From Eledone cirrhosa (taxonomy: Eukaryota): DNA of 64,000 nucleotides. The notes beneath the pieces were generated by a model. It made no database searches. It saw only the letters and a list, made by a program, of their open reading frames with translations, and was not told where the DNA came from. The stretch's first letter is position 1. Every line of letters begins with the position of its first letter. The stretch lies in the NCBI GenBank assembly GCA_964016885.1, contig OZ024743.1, positions 147,188,001 through 147,252,000 of the forward strand, read 5' to 3'. Positions 58,173 to 64,000 of the stretch are shown here, one piece after another. The translations under genes and the position numbers were made by a program.

Positions 58173-59003
58173 CACACATACACGCCCACGCGCATATACA
58201 CATATACACATATATATACATACACACATACACATACACATATATATACATATGCATATATACACATATATATATACATACACACATATATATACACACA
58301 ATCTTACATTCTTATTTGCATGCGCATATATGTATTTTTATATTCAGATATAAATACCCAAACATATATACACCTACCTACATATATATTCTTTCATACA
58401 TACACGCTTACAAACACAGATGATAATAGTATAGGGGAAAGGGGGGGGGGTGGAGAAGGGGATTATAGTAAATATATGTTTCAAGAAACATAGAATATTA
58501 TCTGTATCTGGATCCAATGTATGTTTTTACATAGTTTCAGTGTTAGGAAATACAAGAAATAAGGCAAAATTTATGCATTTCAAAATAAATAAGTATACCA
58601 TTAATTATATGTTAACTAAACTAAAGATAGTTAACATATTGATTTCTAAGGTGTAAATTAGTTAGGTTTATAATATTTGAAGCAGAATTTTGAAGTTAAA
58701 TAGTAGTAGAGTATTAATTATAGTATAACTAAATTAAAGTTAATAACGTTATGGTATCAATATTAGGAAATGAATTTAGTAATAGGGAAAAAAACAAATA
58801 AAGTATTACATCGGTAGTAGAATATAAATTATAGGTTAACTAAATTAAAAATTATATATTAATTTCTATAGTATATGTTAATTAGGTATATAATAAATAA
58901 AACAGATATTGTATTTTATCAATAGCAGAATATAATTATATGCAAATAGAAATCAAAATTAATACATATACATATACATATACATACACATACATATATA
59001 TAC

Positions 59004-59058
<55 letters not shown>

Positions 59059-59564
59059 TACACATACATATACATACATACATATACATATTTTTTCAAA
59101 AATTGCAAAGAATATATTAACTAGGTATACATCCAAAACACATCCCATTCTATGATTACATGACATTCTGCAATCCGTCTGTATAAGGATACTAATTTTA
59201 AGCCAATTAAATTAAATTTTAGGTTGACTAAATTTAAAACCAAATTATAAATATATTTCTAAAATGTATATTAATTAGGTCTATAATACTAAAAATTATT
59301 TCTCTGTCATTGGATACACGATATTTTGTTATATTTTATCTGTAAAGGAATTTTAATAAAAGGTTTAAATAAATTAAAATTAATCTATAAATTAAATTAC
59401 TAAGTATATATTAGTAATATTTAAAGGTTTTTCACAATTTATGATTACACAATATTTTATATTCTCATCTGTAATAGAATTTTAATTAAATTAAATTTAT
59501 AGGTTAACTAACATTTAAATTAAATTAATTTCTAAAATAATGTTATTAATTAGGTTTATAATAT

Positions 59565-62009
59565 TTAAATGTTTTTTTTTAGTTTATGATTACACGATAT
59601 AATTAATTCCTGTCGTTTATTTAATAGGATATCCTTAGATTTCATTATTTCAAATAGTTCTTGGGAACATAATCTACATTCATTTCTATTATTTTGATAA
59701 GGGGTGGCTCTTTTGAGCACACTCCAGGTCAAATCATATTCTATATTCTTATTTTTATAACTATTGATTTTTTCTGCTAGAGATGTTGTATTAGCCAGTG
59801 CGGCATTTTTAAAACTATGCTTGTGGGTATTAAACCTTGTCTTAAAATTGTTAGAGGTAGCTCCTATATATGAGCAAATAGAATCTTTAGTTTTAACATT
59901 ACATTTATAGACTATGTTGTTAACAAGACAATTCCCTTTTAATGGGCAGTTTGCTTTGTTTCTACAGTTACAACCTTTCGTTAATTCTGTATTTGAGGAG
60001 ATATTATGGTTAATTTGATGTACTGGTGGTATACTTATGGTTTTCTTACATTTATATGCATTATAGGCACTTATATTTTGTTTTATGTTATTTGTTGTAG
60101 AGTATGAGAATTTAACTGTAGACCTATTTAAGATTTGATGGTATTTGTGGTTTGGCGGGAAGTTTTTCTCTAGGATATAAAAAAATTTTTTAGCAATATT
60201 ATCCTTAATTTGTAAATTAAATGGAGCATTATACCAGGTAACCCGTCTATTACGGTTTCTATGTTGTTTATTATTTTTATTATTTTTATAGGTTGTATCG
60301 TGATGTTTACTAGGAGGATTAATGTTAATGATCTCACCACAACTATTTTTAGTTATATTTGTAGATTTAGGTGTTTTATCCTTTTTATTAGGAGTTTTAT
60401 TATTAATATTTATTAGAGTTGTATGATGAGTAGTTTTTTGAGAGTTACTATATTTTATATTAGAAGATTTGGTATTTTGGGGTATAGTGTGGGTGGCATT
60501 TAGGTGTGTACTTTTCATTTGGTGTTTGTTGGTAATATTAGGTTGTATGCTTTTAGTATTTTTAGTAGAAGGTATATATTCTAATCTATTTTTGTGGCCA
60601 CTTCTATCTAGAGCTTCGTTATAGAAGGTCGCATTTTTATCAAATACATCTTGGTTAGAAGAAAGGTTAGAAATTCTAAGTGATATATTATATGCAAGGT
60701 TTTTAAGGATAGATTTAGGGTGATTAGATTGTGAGTGTATGTAATGTAAGTTTTGGTTTGGTTTATGGTAAGGTTGGTAGATACCCGTAGCTAAATCTAA
60801 AGTTATATCTAGGAAATTTACTACTTTACTTGTTTTTTCAAAAGTAATATGAAGATTATAATAGTCTTTAAGGAAAGTTCTAATATGTTTTTTGTTTTTT
60901 TCAATTTCTGAAAGGCTAAGGTTGTTAGAAAGAAGAAGACAGTCATCACGATATAAACCACCTTTGAGGTGGGGAAAGGAGGCATTTATGTTGAAAAGGA
61001 GAAAGAGGCCCACAAGATCAGTAATTTGGGCGGAATCGCTTGAACCCATAGTAATATCAAATAGATTACTATATGTGTTTCTGGTCCAGTATTCATTCTG
61101 AAATTCAATAAGTGTTAGTCTAGCATGTGTAATAATATTAATGTCATCCAAAGTTAAGTTAGATCTATTTTTAGCAAATATCAATGCTTTGTTCAGGAGT
61201 ATAGGTGATATAGAAGAGTAGTAATTATCTATATCAAATTGTAGAAATGAAGCAGAAGATTTACATCTAATATTTTTAAACCAGTTAATTACCTGGGAGG
61301 TGTTTTCCCAGAGTGGTAAAATAACGTGTTTTCTTATTTGTGGGATGACTCTATCCAAAATTTTTTTGCTAATTATTCCAATATCTGATTTGGAGGGACA
61401 TATAAGTCTAATAGAAGGATTTGAGTTAAAGTTTGATTTATGATCCTTCAGGTTGAAGTGTGGTCTTTTCAATGCCAAAGGTTCAGTTCTATCTTCAATG
61501 TTTAGTTTTTTTACTATGTTGTGTGTTTTGTTGTTGATGTTGGTGAGTGACGCATTATTAGATTTTTTATAATTTTTTCTGAGTTCTTTATATATGAACT
61601 CATTATAATGTTCAATATCCATATGATACAAGTTACCAGTTTTGTCCGAGTGGACATGGATTTTTTTAGACTTTTTTAGGTCCAATAGGGTAGAATCAAG
61701 GTCCTTTTGAAAGACGGATTTATACTTTTTAAATTTGAGGTGTTTAATTAAATTAAAAAGGTCTTTCTCGAAGTCTTCAAGTAAAAAGTTGTGTGGTGGA
61801 TTCTTGTAAGTATTGAAATCATACATATATTTCCGATCTGCTTGTTTAGATTTTTTATCGAAGTGGTAGGCTCTCCATCTAACCCTTCTGATAAAATTAT
61901 TAGTTTTTTGAATCATAAGGAGTAAGAAGTCATCCTTAGAAGGTATTGGTATGTTTTTTAAAGAGGTTCCCAAATATTGTTTTTCCATTGTGATATGGAT
62001 GATGGACAA
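59565..62009 (-). CDS. Penelope-like retroelement polyprotein (RT + GIY-YIG endonuclease), Naiad-type, 814 aa
   Basis: Uninterrupted ORF with PLE RT motifs HSDKTGN, LKDHK, IRLICP, FLQFDIDNYYSSI, ITMGSSDS, LYRDD, VNFLDITL, YHKP, SNHP; linker CNCRNKANC (CxCx5C); GIY-YIG-like NIVYKC...SYIGAT...FKTRFNTH; C-terminal CRLC...SCNH. Start codon uncertain (ATG of MEKQY near 61988 is an alternative). Confidence 0.95.
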   Translation of the reverse strand: MSIIHITMEKQYLGTSLKNIPIPSKDDFLLLMIQKTNNFIRRVRWRAYHFDKKSKQADRKYMYDFNTYKNPPHNFLLEDFEKDLFNLIKHLKFKKYKSVFQKDLDSTLLDLKKSKKIHVHSDKTGNLYHMDIEHYNEFIYKELRKNYKKSNNASLTNINNKTHNIVKKLNIEDRTEPLALKRPHFNLKDHKSNFNSNPSIRLICPSKSDIGIISKKILDRVIPQIRKHVILPLWENTSQVINWFKNIRCKSSASFLQFDIDNYYSSISPILLNKALIFAKNRSNLTLDDINIITHARLTLIEFQNEYWTRNTYSNLFDITMGSSDSAQITDLVGLFLLFNINASFPHLKGGLYRDDCLLLSNNLSLSEIEKNKKHIRTFLKDYYNLHITFEKTSKVVNFLDITLDLATGIYQPYHKPNQNLHYIHSQSNHPKSILKNLAYNISLRISNLSSNQDVFDKNATFYNEALDRSGHKNRLEYIPSTKNTKSIQPNITNKHQMKSTHLNATHTIPQNTKSSNIKYSNSQKTTHHTTLININNKTPNKKDKTPKSTNITKNSCGEIININPPSKHHDTTYKNNKNNKQHRNRNRRVTWYNAPFNLQIKDNIAKKFFYILEKNFPPNHKYHQILNRSTVKFSYSTTNNIKQNISAYNAYKCKKTISIPPVHQINHNISSNTELTKGCNCRNKANCPLKGNCLVNNIVYKCNVKTKDSICSYIGATSNNFKTRFNTHKHSFKNAALANTTSLAEKINSYKNKNIEYDLTWSVLKRATPYQNNRNECRLCSQELFEIMKSKDILLNKRQELIISCNHKLKKNI

Positions 62010-62138
62010 TTGAAAGAGCTCAACTAAATGTATATGGGTTTATAAAATCATACATATATATGTATATACACAAATATAAAATTAATACACACATACAGTA
62101 CAAAAATACGAATATTTCCGTGAAAATAGGAGCAAAAT

Positions 62139-62713
62139 TATGTAGATAAATCTACCAAGAGTTTACGGTAGTGTCCAATCCGTATGAAGAACTCAATGTA
62201 TTCCGGATATCATGGAAAGAAGAGATGTAATGAAAAATCACTTTCGGTGAAAGATAAACGGTATACAGAGTCAAGATAAAATATTAAACAAATAATGAAT
62301 AAAACAATGAAACAGTTCCTTATATTAAACAAAAAAAAAGTTCATTATTTAACGATCGTTTCTAGGATATATATGTGTTAGAATTGGTATGCATATTCAA
62401 CAGATCTATGTACAAAATTATACAGAATTATACAAACTATCAAGATTAAATATACATACCAACACATATATACGCCGTCTTCAGAAATAATGAAATATAT
62501 TTATTGATAATAACAACAATTCAAAATTTCAGGTCCGTTTGGGAACAAAATTGACCAATGAAAATACAAAAGGTTTTATGCCGTTCGGTGTGTGTATATA
62601 CATGTAACTACCCTTACACATATTTTACAAAAATGTATGCTCAACATGTATACGCATACCAAAAGGATGGATGCAAATACAAAATTTCAAGGTTAATGTC
62701 TCTGTAAGTTTAT
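62139..62713 (-). repeat. Direct pseudo-LTR copy (575 bp) of 55482-56056
   Basis: Matches by eye from TATGTAGATAAATCTACC to TCTGTAAGTTTAT at a constant offset of 6657. Confidence 0.95.
62343..62492 (-). ncRNA. Second copy of the long-stem-II hammerhead, in the 5' pseudo-LTR
   Basis: Same sequence as 55686-55835. Confidence 0.85.
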
Positions 62714-63247
62714 TATATATATGTGTGTGTGTGTATGTGTGTGTGTGTATATATATCTTTATATATGTGTATGTGTATGTTCGTGTAGGTGTATGTGTGT
62801 GTATGACTATATATGTATGTGTGTATGTGTGTATGTATGTATATGTATGTGTGTGTACATGTATGTATGTGTATGTATGTATGTGTGTGTATATGTGTAT
62901 GTATATATATATATATATATGTATATGTATATATGTATGTGTATATATATGTATATATATATATGTATATGTATCTCTATTTGTATATGTATATGTGTAT
63001 AGGTATATACCTTTTTCTTTGTATGTCTGAGTTGTGTGAGAGTGTAGTGGTGTTTGTATGTATATACCGATATATGGATGCGTAAGTATTTGTGTGTATG
63101 TATGTATGTATGTCTGCATGTATTTGTGTGTATATATAGGTATGTATGTGTATATCTGTATGTATATAAGTATGTATGTGTATGTATATGTGCGTGTATG
63201 TGTGTATATATATGTGTGTCTATATAGTATGTGTGATTATGTGTGTA

Positions 63248-63316
<69 letters not shown>

Positions 63317-63418
63317 GTATGTGTGTATATGTGTGTATGTGTGTATATGTATATGTTTATATATGTGTGTGTATGTATGTTCTAAGTGTGGATGTGTGTA
63401 TATGTATGTGTGTGTTTT

Positions 63419-63453
<35 letters not shown>

Positions 63454-63458
63454 GTATG

Positions 63459-63489
<31 letters not shown>

Positions 63490-64000
63490 TTTCTTGATAT
63501 ATTTCTTTTTTCTTTTCTTTTTCTTTTCTTTCCTTTTAATTTTTATTTTTTATTTTCTTAGTTTATAGATACATCTATAATAAGCAGTCTGCCCAAACCG
63601 TTGAATACTGACCTCTCCCCCCCTCCCACCTAATTTCTGTATCTTGATCTAAATGTGTGTGGCAGTGTTTATGTGAGTGAATTAATATCCATGTGCTTAT
63701 GATATCCATATATATATATATGTGAGTGGGGGTGTGTGTGTGTTTGTATGTTCGTAATTATGTGTATGTTTATGCATATACGCGCGCGTGTGTGTGATTG
63801 TACGGATATGTGTGAGTATGAGAATATGTGTATACACTTATTTCATATTTATGTGTCTATACGCATCTTATCTGTGCATTATAAACTTACAGAGACATTA
63901 ACCTTGAAATTTTGTATTTGCATCCATCCTTTTGGTATGCGTATACATGTTGAGCATACATTTTTGTAAAATATGTGTAAGGGTAGTTACATGTATATAC
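62714..64000 (+). repeat. Inverted pseudo-LTR/3' UTR copy, truncated by the window edge
   Basis: Reverse complement of 55937-57220; the ORF track gives mirror peptides (55968-56201 minus equals 63736-63969 plus). Confidence 0.93.

Larger units (their letters stand above)
55482..64000 (-). mobile_element. Full-length Penelope-like element with partial tandem and inverted pseudo-LTRs
   Basis: 55482-56056 recurs at 62139-62713 (offset 6657). 62714-64000 is the reverse complement of about 57220-55937. The 3' end abuts a long (TA)n tract. Confidence 0.92.

Noticed and set aside
59565-62009. Selenocysteine recoding as reported for some Naiad elements
   Set aside because: The ORF has no in-frame TGA; the conserved cysteines use Cys codons.

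Overview
AT-rich, microsatellite-saturated animal genomic DNA. The SINE and repeat types suggest a cephalopod such as Octopus (inference). No convincing host gene; almost all listed ORFs are translations of (TA)n, (CA)n and (TATG)n. Real content: (1) an apparently intact Penelope-like element (PLE) of Naiad type, with an 814-aa RT + GIY-YIG ORF (59565-62009, minus), a 575-bp direct pseudo-LTR and an inverted pseudo-LTR running off the right edge; (2) a second Naiad fragment; (3) decayed RTE and L1/Tx1 LINEs, a head-to-tail array of RTE-derived non-autonomous elements in (TATG)n, many tRNA-derived SINEs and two MITE types. The main signal not shown by the ORF track is a dense set of type I hammerhead ribozyme (HHR) motifs, found and folded by eye: about 8 sequence families, about 13 well-formed copies plus relics. 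They include one with a 115-nt stem II in the intact element, retrozyme-like tandem units of about 447, 476 and 984 bp, many fold-back insertions in (TA)n, and a Naiad/retrozyme chimeric junction. Ribozyme activity is inferred from motifs only.
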